64,000 nucleotides of DNA from an uncultured bacterium (GTDB lineage: Bacteria > Krumholzibacteriota > Krumholzibacteriia > LZORAL124-64-63): the NCBI GenBank assembly GCA_963732385.1, contig CAVSZB010000001.1, forward strand, positions 81,193 to 145,192. The letters run 5' to 3'. The translations under genes and the position numbers were made by a program. This document shows, piece by piece, positions 50,520-61,839 of the stretch. The notes below the pieces were generated by a model. The model was not told where the DNA came from and made no database searches. It saw only the letters and a list, made by a program, of their open reading frames with translations. Every line of letters starts with the position of its first letter. Position 1 is the first letter of the stretch.

Positions 50520-50894
50520 CTACGGGATCACGACCGGCTTGCCGGGCTGTCCGGGCGCGCCGGGATCCGGCGTGTAGGGATCGGAGGCCAGCGACCAGAC
50601 GCCCTGCCGGCTCAGCGCGTCGACGCCGGCCACGCGGATCTGGTGCGACTCGCCGATCGTGGCGGTGAGGACGTAGGAGAGCGTGGTGACCGAGGCGATC
50701 TGGATCCACGCGCCGCCGTTGATCGAGTGCTGGACGAGGTAGTGATCCACCGCGGAGCCGGTCGTCGGCGCGGCCCAGGTGTAGGTGACCTGCTGCGTGG
50801 TGGTCTGCGCGAACGCGACGGGGGCGATGAGGGCCACCAGGGCGATCATGACCAGCCAGCGGGCGTTGGCGGCATGACGATGGCAGTGATGCAT
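50520..50894 (-). CDS. Small secreted fibronectin type III-like protein
   Basis: Signal peptide; TWAAP, Y.VQHS, IRVAGVD, G.WS..S, PGAPGQPGKP. Confidence 0.75.
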   Translation of the reverse strand: MHHCHRHAANARWLVMIALVALIAPVAFAQTTTQQVTYTWAAPTTGSAVDHYLVQHSINGGAWIQIASVTTLSYVLTATIGESHQIRVAGVDALSRQGVWSLASDPYTPDPGAPGQPGKPVVIP

Positions 50895-50995
50895 GATCGG
50901 TACCGGCCTTTCTGATGACGTCGAAGGTGTGGGTGCCGCTGCGATCCCGAGATATCCGTCTGATCTGCGAGTGTGGCGGTTACGTCCGACAGAGT

Positions 50996-51011
50996 TGCAT
51001 ACCGGGTGCCA
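50996..51011 (-). promoter_or_regulatory. Putative sigma54 promoter of FN3 gene
   Basis: TGGCAC-CCGGT-ATGCA with AT-rich upstream tract. Confidence 0.65.
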
Positions 51012-51231
51012 ATGAACGTCGAACGCGACCCCGCATTCGTCAACTCACGTAATTATTGATACTTGGCTACATCACCATACCACTCTTGATTACCAACGAT
51101 TTCGCATGACGGCGCAACGCGTGACGGGCTCTCCGCCCGCTCCGCGCCAGCCCGCTGCAAAAGCCGTCCACCTTCGCGCGCCCTCATGCCGGATTGCAAC
51201 GCCGCCCCCGATGGGCGATGATCAGCGCATC

Positions 51232-53064
51232 ATGTCACGCTCGGCCACCGCGCTTCTGATTCTCCTTATCGCCGCGCTGCCGGTCGGTTTCTCCACAACC
51301 GGCTGCAATCCGGACACCCGCGAACTCCTGCTCGACCCGCGCCTGCCGGTCGCCGAACCGTACGCCGGCGGCACCTGGACGAAGACCCCGGTGCTGACCT
51401 GCGGGCGCAGCGTGGACGCGCTCGCGGCCTGGAGCCGCGACGACGTGCTGATGGTCGGCTATGACGGGCTCGCGGTGCGGGTGCAGGGGGGCGTGGCGCG
51501 CAACGTCGATGCGCCGACCACCGCGAGGCTCGTCGCCGCCGCGGCGCAGCCGGACGGACCGGCGTGGGTTTCGGCTTCCGACGGCAGCATCTATCGGCTC
51601 GACGGCGAGACATGGACGATCGAGCGGCGGACCTCCGTCCGCGCGCAGGCGTTGTGGCGCTTCCCCGACGGCTCCCTGCTCGGGGCAGGCAACGCCGGAT
51701 ACGTCCTGCGGCGGACGCCCGACGGCGTCTGGGAGGATTTCAACACCGGCGCCGGCGTGAGCCTGACGGCCCTGTGGGCGCGAAACCGCGACGACTGCTG
51801 GGCGTTGGGCGGTGCCGGCGTCGTGGCGCACTTCGACGGCACGACCTGGAGCGTGGAGCGGCCATTCGGCGACGACGTATGGAGTCTCAGCCGCATTGCA
51901 GGGGACGCGGACGGCCGCGTTGCCATCGTCGATGGCTCGCTGATCCACCTGCGCGAGGATGGGGTCTGGCGGGATCTGCCGGAGCTTCCGAATTCCGACT
52001 GGGCCAGTGATGCCTCCTTCCTGGGGGGGCAGCTCCTTGCCTGGTATTCGCGTGGCTGGTACCGCTGGGACGGCGTTGCATGGGTGGAGGAGGGGGAACT
52101 CGGCACGGCCCCGTTCAGGCACATTGTCCAGGGAGACGACCTCCTGCTGCTGGATTCCAACGGCGGACTGCTGCGCCTCGCGGATGGTGACGTGGAGACC
52201 CTGCTGCCGTCCCTGGGGGGCATCGCGGATTTCGAGGCGACACCCGATGGCGTGGTCATTCTCACGGACATGAACTGGATCCTGCGCGAGACGGCCACGG
52301 AGTGGCGGGTCGAATCGAAATTGAGCCAATACGGTTCCTACTCGAGTGTCGGACGACGCCTGCTGCGTTCGGCGGCGGGATATTTGGTGGTTCTAGCGAA
52401 TGGCGTGCTCTACCGCGAAGCCGAGGGAGGCTGGGAACCGCTGGCGCCGTCGCTGGGGTCGAGCGTCACCGCGATCTTTCCGCTGGAAGATGGCACCCTG
52501 CTGCTCCCCAGCGGCTCTCGTCTCTGGGCCTGGCGCGACGGCCTCTGCGCTTTCCTGTGCGAGGCTCCGACCGCGTGGAGCTCCCTCCTCAGTGTGGCGG
52601 GCGAATCGCCGGCGCAGGCCCGCTACCTGTTCGAGGAGTGTCTCGCCCGGTATGACGGCGCGACGATGCAGACGGTGGCGGATCGCCCGAGCATCGAGGT
52701 GGCCCTGCTTGCCCGGGACCCGGTTGAAGGCCTGCTGCTGGCGGGACGCGGCGGCCTGTTCGCGGGTGAGGGAGCGGGCACGCTCGACATCACGCCGCGC
52801 TGCGAAGTGGGCGTGAGGCCGGAGCGGGCGTTGATCGGCGATTTCGCCGTCACTCCGGCGGGAGACTGGCTGGCCTGGATCGATGACGGTTACCTGTTGC
52901 GGCGGCGAGCCGGGCTCTGGCAGCGCCTCGACGGCACGAACGGTTCTCCGCTCGGCAACCGGTGGCCGGTGGCCGCGGGGAGGTCCATTCGGGTTGTTGG
53001 CGGGGGCGACATCTGGCTGGCCAGCTATTCCCACCTGTTTCGCTTCCGCGACACCGCGCCCTGA
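51232..53064 (+). CDS. Beta-propeller repeat lipoprotein (WD40/YVTN/BNR-like)
   Basis: Signal peptide ending TTGC; repeated L.A.W / G..G / (Y/F)DG..W blades. Confidence 0.7.
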   Translation: MSRSATALLILLIAALPVGFSTTGCNPDTRELLLDPRLPVAEPYAGGTWTKTPVLTCGRSVDALAAWSRDDVLMVGYDGLAVRVQGGVARNVDAPTTARLVAAAAQPDGPAWVSASDGSIYRLDGETWTIERRTSVRAQALWRFPDGSLLGAGNAGYVLRRTPDGVWEDFNTGAGVSLTALWARNRDDCWALGGAGVVAHFDGTTWSVERPFGDDVWSLSRIAGDADGRVAIVDGSLIHLREDGVWRDLPELPNSDWASDASFLGGQLLAWYSRGWYRWDGVAWVEEGELGTAPFRHIVQGDDLLLLDSNGGLLRLADGDVETLLPSLGGIADFEATPDGVVILTDMNWILRETATEWRVESKLSQYGSYSSVGRRLLRSAAGYLVVLANGVLYREAEGGWEPLAPSLGSSVTAIFPLEDGTLLLPSGSRLWAWRDGLCAFLCEAPTAWSSLLSVAGESPAQARYLFEECLARYDGATMQTVADRPSIEVALLARDPVEGLLLAGRGGLFAGEGAGTLDITPRCEVGVRPERALIGDFAVTPAGDWLAWIDDGYLLRRRAGLWQRLDGTNGSPLGNRWPVAAGRSIRVVGGGDIWLASYSHLFRFRDTAP

Positions 53065-53077
53065 AGGAGAGAGGGAC

Positions 53078-54877
53078 GTGACCGGACCGCGCGCGTTGCT
53101 GCTTGGCAGCCTGCTCCTGTGCCTCGGCTGCTCCGGCACCGAGGAGACGCCGGTTTTCGGGCCGGGGCCGCAGGTCTGGGCCGGTTGCGATCCGGCCTGG
53201 AGCGTCGTGCATCCGGCCAGCGGGAGCGAGCGGCTGCTGGCCGCCTGCGCCCTGCCCGGCGGCGAGGCGTGGGCCGTGGGGACCGGCGGCGTCGTGGTGC
53301 ACCACGTGGGTCAGCGCTGGCGGCGGGAAAACACCGGCACCGACGCCACGCTGGCGGATGTGGCGACCGACGGGCGGCTGGTCTGCGCCGTGGGCAGTGA
53401 CGGCACGATCCTCGTGCGCGAGGGCGCTGCGTGGCGCCGCGAGGCGAGCGGCACCGCGGGCACGCTGCGGGCGGTCGCCGTCGCGGCCGATGGCGCGGCC
53501 TGGGCCGGCGGCGAGGGTGGCGTGCTGCTGCAGCGCGCGCCGGAGGGCTGGCGCGGGGCGGGCCGGCCGGATGCGTCCGATGTGACCGCGCTGGCGGCGA
53601 TGGGCGACACGATGGTCGTGGGCTACGCCAGCGGACAGGTGATCGGAATGGCCGCGGGGCAGGGACGAACCCTGGCCTCGTTCGGCGGTCTCGGCGTGCT
53701 GGGGCTGGCCGTCTCCCCTTCCGGCACCCTGTTCGCGGCCGCGGACAGCCTTTACCGCTACGACTCCGGTCGCTGGGTCGCGCTGCGTAATATTTCCGAC
53801 CGGAGGCTCGCGGCCAACGACAGCCTCGTATTCTGCGGTATGCGTGCGTTCCGGCATGATGGCACCGGAAGCTGGTTCGATCCCTTCTTCTATGTTCGCG
53901 TTCCCGACCCTCTGGTCGCTGTCTGCCCGGTGGGGCCGGCCGGCGCTCTGGCCGTCGGCCTGTACGGAGCCTTCTCCTGGTTGCGGGAGGGGGCCTGGCT
54001 CAGGGATCTGGGCGGCGGCTACACGGGACAGATCGTGGGGCTGGCCGACGGAACGGCCTGTGGTGTCGTCGACCGTCGGGTCATCGCGTGGGATGATGAT
54101 TGCTGGCGGGTCGTTAGCTTCCCCGACGGAGATGTTTATCAGCTTTTCGATGGACAGGATGCGACCCACCTCCTGCTCCGGGTGGCTTCCGGCCTCGTGC
54201 TTGCCGGCCCGACCGGACAGACGGCGGTGCCTTCCCCGCCCGTCTGGCCGTACCAGATGCTGGTCGATTCGGACGGTGCTCTGGTCGGCCGGGACCGGGA
54301 CGGGATCATCGCCTGGACCGGCCGGGAGTGGCGGCGCGAGATCAGCGTTGATGAGGGGACGGAGGCCCCCCGCCTGAGCCGCACCCGCGCCGGCGAGTTG
54401 TTCGCGGTCAACAGTGCGCGGGTCATGCGCCGGGCCGGAGGGCGTTGGCGGAACGAGGCGCGGCTGGTCTACCCCGGTGCCGGAAGCTGGCCCTACAGTT
54501 ACATTTATCAGTGCGGGAAAATCCCCGCGGGCCGCTTTCCGGATGCCTTCGTGCTGGTCGGCGGGGACTATTGGTTGAACTGGGACGCCCGGGCCGATTC
54601 GGTGCAGGGCGATTGGCGGCTGTATGATCCTCCCCTCAATCAGGTGCGGGTTTCGGTGTTCTGCGAAGCCGCGGGCGCCGTCTATGTGCTGGACTCCAGC
54701 GCGAACCGCGTGCTGAGAATGCGGTTTGAGAGCCCCGAGACCCGATCGTGGGAGGCGGTGACCGGGGCGGGGCCGGATCAGATCACGGCCCTGCGGATCG
54801 AGCCCGATGGCGCGATCACCGCCTTCGCTTCGTCTACCGGTCGTGTCTGGCGACACCCGGGGCCACACCTGTTCTGA
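53078..54877 (+). CDS. Beta-propeller repeat lipoprotein, paralog
   Basis: RBS GGAGAGAGG; lipobox CLGC; WAVG..G, W..E.(S/T)GT...L repeats. Confidence 0.7.
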   Translation: MTGPRALLLGSLLLCLGCSGTEETPVFGPGPQVWAGCDPAWSVVHPASGSERLLAACALPGGEAWAVGTGGVVVHHVGQRWRRENTGTDATLADVATDGRLVCAVGSDGTILVREGAAWRREASGTAGTLRAVAVAADGAAWAGGEGGVLLQRAPEGWRGAGRPDASDVTALAAMGDTMVVGYASGQVIGMAAGQGRTLASFGGLGVLGLAVSPSGTLFAAADSLYRYDSGRWVALRNISDRRLAANDSLVFCGMRAFRHDGTGSWFDPFFYVRVPDPLVAVCPVGPAGALAVGLYGAFSWLREGAWLRDLGGGYTGQIVGLADGTACGVVDRRVIAWDDDCWRVVSFPDGDVYQLFDGQDATHLLLRVASGLVLAGPTGQTAVPSPPVWPYQMLVDSDGALVGRDRDGIIAWTGREWRREISVDEGTEAPRLSRTRAGELFAVNSARVMRRAGGRWRNEARLVYPGAGSWPYSYIYQCGKIPAGRFPDAFVLVGGDYWLNWDARADSVQGDWRLYDPPLNQVRVSVFCEAAGAVYVLDSSANRVLRMRFESPETRSWEAVTGAGPDQITALRIEPDGAITAFASSTGRVWRHPGPHLF

Positions 54878-54998
54878 CCTTCCCCCCGTGCGGCTTGACG
54901 CCCGGCCCGGCGGCTGCGCACATTGGGGCGCGGTTCGTTCATCGCCGGCGGTGCGTGGGGCGCCGCGGCTTCCGGTCACGTCCCGCAAGGAGTCTGGT

Positions 54999-55535
54999 AT
55001 GACCCCCGAAGTCCTCAAGCTCTGGCCCGAACTCGAGTGGATCAAAGACGCGAAGCTGCGCGAGGCGACGGCGAAGACGTGGGAGACCGCGCTGGCCGAG
55101 AGCGATCTCGACGCGGCCGACCTGGACGTGATCCCGTTCACGCTGCTGGTGAAGGACTGCAAGGTGAGTTTCATGGCGCACAAGCGGTGCGTGGTGCACG
55201 TGGCGCGCGACGCGGCGATGAAGATGAACGAGTACTTCGGGCGGGAACTGCCGGTCGACCTCGACACGGTCATCGCCGGGGCGATCCTGGCCGACGTGGG
55301 CAAGCTGCTCGAGTACACGAAGAAGGACGGCCAGGCGACCGAGAGCGATCTCGGCAAGTCGCTGCGGCATCCGTTCACCGGGGTCGCGCTGGCGATGCGC
55401 TGCGGCGTGCCGCACAGGGTCAGCCACATCATCGCGGCGCACGCGGGCGAGGGGGACCTGGTCAGGCGGTCGACCGAGGCTTACGTGGTGCACCACGCCG
55501 ACTTCATGACCTTCCTGCCGTTCAAGAACCGGTAG
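54999..55535 (+). CDS. HD-superfamily (HDIG-like) protein with AD in place of HD
   Basis: RBS AAGGAG; H...GAILADVGKLLEY, LRHPFTG, IAAH, HHADF. Confidence 0.8.
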   Translation: MTPEVLKLWPELEWIKDAKLREATAKTWETALAESDLDAADLDVIPFTLLVKDCKVSFMAHKRCVVHVARDAAMKMNEYFGRELPVDLDTVIAGAILADVGKLLEYTKKDGQATESDLGKSLRHPFTGVALAMRCGVPHRVSHIIAAHAGEGDLVRRSTEAYVVHHADFMTFLPFKNR

Positions 55536-55685
55536 GGCCGGGGCGTTGGGCTGCCGGCCGGTGGGGGGCGAGCGCGGCCTTGACATTGACAGTTCGTGAA
55601 AAGAGAGTATTTAGAGCTTCGCGCGCGGACGCGCGCGCCCGGATCGTCGAATTCCCATGTTTATCCCCCCAGGAGGGACAAGGTC

Positions 55686-55916
55686 ATGGCCAACAGGGAC
55701 GAAAAGGTGGCCCTGAACGTTGAGGGCGCCTTCTACGTGGATACCAACTGCATCGATTGCGATCTCTGCCGCCAGACCGCGCCCAACCACTTCGACCGGA
55801 GCGAAGAGGGGGGCTACAGCTTCGTATACAAACAGCCCGAGACGGCCGAAGAGATGGCCCTCTGCCACGAGGCGACGGAGGAGTGCCCGGTCGAGGCGAT
55901 CGGCGACGACGGCTAG
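55686..55916 (+). CDS. Single-cluster ferredoxin
   Basis: CIDCDLC...CPVEAI. Confidence 0.93.
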   Translation: MANRDEKVALNVEGAFYVDTNCIDCDLCRQTAPNHFDRSEEGGYSFVYKQPETAEEMALCHEATEECPVEAIGDDG

Positions 55917-55945
55917 GCCGTCGGCCTGCTCGCGTCCGGCTCCTG

Positions 55946-56001
55946 CCCCGCTGACGACACGGGCCCGGTCTTGTGCGACCGGGCCCGTGTCGTCAGCGGG
56001 G
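55946..56001. terminator. 25-bp perfect hairpin after ferredoxin
   Basis: CCCCGCTGACGACACGGGCCCGGTC-TTGTGC-GACCGGGCCCGTGTCGTCAGCGGGG. Confidence 0.6.
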
Positions 56002-56085
56002 GCGGGAACGGAAACTTTCGTCGCCGGGCTCTGTTGAAGCCGCCCACGACAGCGAGCATGACCCCCTGAAGAAGGAGACCTCCCC

Positions 56086-57600
<1,515 letters not shown>

Positions 57601-57609
57601 CCGCGCGCG

Positions 57610-58734
57610 ATGGCCGGCCCGGTCGCGATCGCCTTCGTGTCGTCGCTGCCGCGCTGGGGCGGCGGGGAGAAGTGGATGCTCCACGCGGCGCTGGCGATGG
57701 CCGGGCGCGACCACAAAGTTTGTCTCATCGGGCAGCCCGGCGGGGAGATCACCCGCCGGGCTGCCGCGTCAGGGCTTCGTGTCCACCCGCTGAAGATGGG
57801 CGGCATCCTGGTGCCGTGGACGCTCGCGGCGCTGCGCGCGATCCTCGTGCAAGAGCGCGTCACCGTGGCGTGCGTCAACCAGGACCGTGAAGTGCATCTG
57901 ACCGCGCTGGCGACCGCCGGCCTGCCCGGTTTCCGGCTCGTGCCGCGCCGCGGCAGCCCCGACCCGATCAAGGGCAGGCCGTTTTACCGCTATTCCTACG
58001 CGCGCCGGGTGGGCCGGCTGATCGTGAACTGCGCCGCGCTCGGCGACAAGGTGTGCGCGCGGGCGCCGTGGTTCGACCGGGCGAAGCTGCGCGTCGTCCA
58101 CAACGGGATCGACGCGGACGCGTTCGCCGCGACCGCGCGGCGCGGGCGGGTGCGGGCGGAACTGGGGCTGGCGCCCGACCGGCTCGTCGTGTCGCTCGTG
58201 GGCGAAGTCGGCTGGCGCAAGGGACAGGCGGTGCTGCTCGATGCGGTGGCGAAGCTGCGCGCTGACGGCGCCACGCGCGACGCGGTGTTCCTGATCGCCG
58301 GCGAAGGGAGCGGCCGCGTCGATCTGGAAGCGCGGGCGCAGGCGCTCGGCCTCGTCGATGGCACGGTGCGATTCCTCGGCTTCCGCGCCGACGTGCCCGA
58401 CCTGCTCGCCGACACCGACCTGCTCTTGCTGCCTTCGTTCGAGGAGGGGTTTCCCAACAGCCTGCTCGAGGGGATGGCGCTCGGGCTGCCGGTGATCTCC
58501 ACCCCGGTGGATGGCATTCCGGAACTCGTGGTCGATGGCGTGACGGGGGTGTTGACGCCGCCGGGCGATGCGGCCGGGCTCGCGGCGGCGATCGGCTCGC
58601 TGCTGGGCGACGCGGGGCGGCGGCGGGCGCTGGGGGAGGCGGGACGGGCGCGGGCGCGGGATGCATTCTCCCAGGCCCGGGTGATGGACGACCTCGAGGT
58701 CTGTCTCACGCGATGGGGGTATGGAGGGCAATGA
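57610..58734 (+). CDS. Glycosyltransferase family 4
   Basis: WGGGE, VHNGID, KGQ, PSFEEGFPNSLLEGMA. Confidence 0.92.
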   Translation: MAGPVAIAFVSSLPRWGGGEKWMLHAALAMAGRDHKVCLIGQPGGEITRRAAASGLRVHPLKMGGILVPWTLAALRAILVQERVTVACVNQDREVHLTALATAGLPGFRLVPRRGSPDPIKGRPFYRYSYARRVGRLIVNCAALGDKVCARAPWFDRAKLRVVHNGIDADAFAATARRGRVRAELGLAPDRLVVSLVGEVGWRKGQAVLLDAVAKLRADGATRDAVFLIAGEGSGRVDLEARAQALGLVDGTVRFLGFRADVPDLLADTDLLLLPSFEEGFPNSLLEGMALGLPVISTPVDGIPELVVDGVTGVLTPPGDAAGLAAAIGSLLGDAGRRRALGEAGRARARDAFSQARVMDDLEVCLTRWGYGGQ

Positions 58735-58775
58735 AGCGGGCCGGCGAATTCGCGGCGCGGGCACCGTGACGGCTC

Positions 58776-60854
58776 TCAGAAGGTTGGCGGCAAGTCGATC
58801 CAGGACGTTCTGCCGTTCTGGATGAGCATCAACGGCAGGAAGCGGGCTTCGCCGAGAGCGTTGAGGCTGTCGGTCACCGACTTCATCCGCACATAGCAGG
58901 AGCGCGGGCGCAGATCCTCGTCGAGGAAGTAGTAGCGGCCGTCCCAGGTGTTGGCCGTGAGAACCGTCCGACCGTCCTGATCGTGGTTCAGCGTGAGCCC
59001 AATCACCTTGGAACCGAATTCCGGATGGATCAGCGGTATCGCGAGGTAGCTCGCCTCGCGGGCGCGTGGCATGCCGGGCCAGTCGCGCGGCTCGGGGAGC
59101 CCCTCTGAGTAAGGGAAGCCCTGACCGTCAACCTCGGGGGGTTCGAGAATCACCACACAGCCGACATGCGCCCTCGACTCGAAGGGGATCAGCGCCCGCA
59201 CGAAACGGGCGCTGCTGTTCGTCCCGGCGAACACGTAGCGCGAGGGCCCGCCGTCCGGCGAGTTCAGGGTCATGACGATACCGAACGGCCCGGGGTGGTG
59301 ATAGGTGCCCAGGGCGTTTCCGTCGCAGTCGAGGAACTGCAGCGCCGATCCGTACCAGCCGCCATCACCGATGTCGGCCACGATGACCGGCGCCTCGCGT
59401 CCCGGCCAGGTCAGCAGGCTCGTCCAGTCGATACGCAGGGTGCCCAGGGCGTTGACGGGGCGCTGCCACGCCGCCGGCCGACGCCAGAGCAGCGCTCCGT
59501 CGCGCGGGGACAGGAACCATAAGGCGCCCGGCTCGCCTGGGTTCTCCGCGCCGGTCGCCACGCAGACGCCACGCACCTGCCCGCCGGAGCGCACGATCTT
59601 CGGCGGGTCACTGCCCCATGTCCCGGCCTGTCCGCGATGGACGCGGGCAAGCGGAGCGGGAAAGACGTGCGTCCACACCAGCCTCCCTTTGGCATCGAGT
59701 GCGCGGATCACTCGCGAATCAGTGACCTCGATGCTGACGAGGGTCCGTTCGGCCAGGTAATCGCGCAGCGGCCCGAAGAACAGTATGAGCACCGCAGTGA
59801 GCGCGAGGACGGTCGCCCCCGCCAGCAGCCGTCGACGGTGACCGCCGTGGTGCGCAAGCGCGCGGTCCAGCATCCGGGCCATCTCCGCGGCCGAGATGTC
59901 GCGGTGTCGCGGATCGCGCTCCACGCAGCGGCGCAGCAGGTCGCGTATCTCCCGGGGGAGCGCAGGCGGAAGACTGCCCGTGTCGAGCCGGCCGCTCTCG
60001 TCCAGCGCATCGACGGCGCGTTGTCCGGACAGCGTTTCGAACAGGATGCAGCCCAGCGCCCAGATGTCGCAACTTTCGTCGATCGGGCCACCCGCGAGTT
60101 GCTCCGGGGCCATGTAGCCCGGGGTGCCCTGGGCGCGGGTCAGGTTCTGGTCGGGGAGTTTGAGCGGGCGGTCGGGCAGTTGCGCGTCGCTCAGGGCTCT
60201 GGCGATGCCGAAGTCGAGGATTTTCGCCCCTCCATCAGGCGTGATCATCAGGTTCGCCGGCTTGAGGTCGCGGTGCACGATGTGTTGCGCGTGGGCCCGG
60301 GCCATCGCCTGGGCGACCTGCTGGACAAGTCTGAGCGCCTGCAGCAGAGGCAGCGGACCCTCGCCCAGGCGGTCAGCCAGCGTGCGCCCGGGGATCATCT
60401 CCATCGTCAGGAAGTGGAAGCCATCCGCCTCGTCCAGGGAGTAGAGCGTGGCGATCCGCTCGTCGGAGAGAGCCGCCAGCAGTTGCGCTTCGCGGAGGAA
60501 ACGGTCGCGTGCCTCCGGAGCACGCGCCATCCAGGCCGGCAGGAGCTTGAGCGCCACGATCCGTCCGAGCTGCAGGTCGCGGGCGGCGTAAACCACGCCC
60601 ATGCCGCCTCGACCGCGTTCCTCGAGCAGTTCGTACTTGCCCAGGCGCGCGGGAACGCCGGCGGTTTCGGGGACGGCGGTCAGACCGGGATCCGCGTCCG
60701 CCAGCGCCAGCATGCGGCGCAGGGTCACCCGCAGGGCGGAGTCATCGGCGCAGGCGGCGTCGAGGAAGGCCGGACGTTCGCCGGGCGGCAGCTCGAGCGC
60801 ATCGTTGAACAGGTCCTCGGGCAGGGGGCGCGAGACGTCGTCGCCGTCAATCAC
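58776..60854 (-). CDS. Membrane Ser/Thr protein kinase with extracytoplasmic C-terminal domain
   Basis: GRGGMGVVY, VALK, HRDLKPAN, DFG, GTPGYMAPE; TM; N-terminal LF..AL...ER.AFL..AC motif. Confidence 0.93.
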   Translation of the reverse strand: MIDGDDVSRPLPEDLFNDALELPPGERPAFLDAACADDSALRVTLRRMLALADADPGLTAVPETAGVPARLGKYELLEERGRGGMGVVYAARDLQLGRIVALKLLPAWMARAPEARDRFLREAQLLAALSDERIATLYSLDEADGFHFLTMEMIPGRTLADRLGEGPLPLLQALRLVQQVAQAMARAHAQHIVHRDLKPANLMITPDGGAKILDFGIARALSDAQLPDRPLKLPDQNLTRAQGTPGYMAPEQLAGGPIDESCDIWALGCILFETLSGQRAVDALDESGRLDTGSLPPALPREIRDLLRRCVERDPRHRDISAAEMARMLDRALAHHGGHRRRLLAGATVLALTAVLILFFGPLRDYLAERTLVSIEVTDSRVIRALDAKGRLVWTHVFPAPLARVHRGQAGTWGSDPPKIVRSGGQVRGVCVATGAENPGEPGALWFLSPRDGALLWRRPAAWQRPVNALGTLRIDWTSLLTWPGREAPVIVADIGDGGWYGSALQFLDCDGNALGTYHHPGPFGIVMTLNSPDGGPSRYVFAGTNSSARFVRALIPFESRAHVGCVVILEPPEVDGQGFPYSEGLPEPRDWPGMPRAREASYLAIPLIHPEFGSKVIGLTLNHDQDGRTVLTANTWDGRYYFLDEDLRPRSCYVRMKSVTDSLNALGEARFLPLMLIQNGRTSWIDLPPTF

Positions 60855-61425
60855 GCTCCAACTCCCGGGCGAGCCAGACGCGGGCCCAGGCCCAGTCACG
60901 GTGCGCCTGACGGCGGCAGATGCCCAGCTCAGCCGCGGCCGCGGTCATGTCCATGCCGCCCAGCCAGACCAGTTCGATCAACCGCGCGTGCCGGGAGCCG
61001 TTGGGCAACTGGCGGGCGAGCTTCTCGAGCGCCTGATCCAGAGCCAGGAATTCGTCGGGGTCCACGGCTGACGGCCCGGGGATCGCCGAAAGCGTGGTGT
61101 CGACCCTCTCGGCGCGGCGCTTGTCGGCCTGGCCCCGACGCGCGTGGTCGATCAGCACCTGCCGCATGGCCCGCGCCGCGCAGCCGATGAAGTGATTCTG
61201 GCTCTCCCACGGGGAGCTCCGGCCCGCCCGCCCCAGCTTCAGGTAGGCCTCGTGCACGAGTTCCGTCGGCTGCAGCGTGTGGTCGTGGTGCTCGCGTCTC
61301 ATGTAGCGGTCCGCGAGCCGGCGCAGTTCAGCATAGGCCAGGGCATAGCGCTCATCGTCGGACAACCGCCCGGGCCCGCCCAAGCCCACGGTCGTCAAGA
61401 TGTCCTCATGTCTCACCTGAGCCAC
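60847..61425 (-). CDS. ECF sigma factor (kinase-associated type)
   Basis: YAELRRLA, HTLQPTELVHEAYLKL, AARAMRQVLIDHAR, RDWAWARVWL. Confidence 0.92.
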   Translation of the reverse strand: MAQVRHEDILTTVGLGGPGRLSDDERYALAYAELRRLADRYMRREHHDHTLQPTELVHEAYLKLGRAGRSSPWESQNHFIGCAARAMRQVLIDHARRGQADKRRAERVDTTLSAIPGPSAVDPDEFLALDQALEKLARQLPNGSRHARLIELVWLGGMDMTAAAAELGICRRQAHRDWAWARVWLARELERD

Positions 61426-61839
61426 GGAATACGCACTTTAGTATTGAAAACGATTCTGGGGAATTGTATCAAAGAAAGCGGGCCGGATCAAGCTGGCGGA
61501 ATCGCTGGGGGCGGAGCTGCCTGCCGGTCCAGAGCGGCGTCGGAGATCTTCAGGAGAGAGCACCCCATCCCGGAGTTGTCGTGGCGTCAGGGGAGGCGCA
61601 GAACGACCGCCTGGGTTTGTCTGTGGCAGGTCAGGCTGACGCCCGGCTCATGGCCCGGACATTGATCCTTGCTCACCTTGCGCGCGTCCACAAAGGTCCG
61701 ACCGGGATTCCGAACAGAACGGCTTTGGGCGAGAGCTGGGCTGGAAAGGATCCCGGTCGGCCGTTATGGCTTGCTCCGCGCGAACGGGCTGTACCGTGGT
61801 GTCTGCCGGCGCTATGTTGCCGACAACGAAAGGCTGCCC

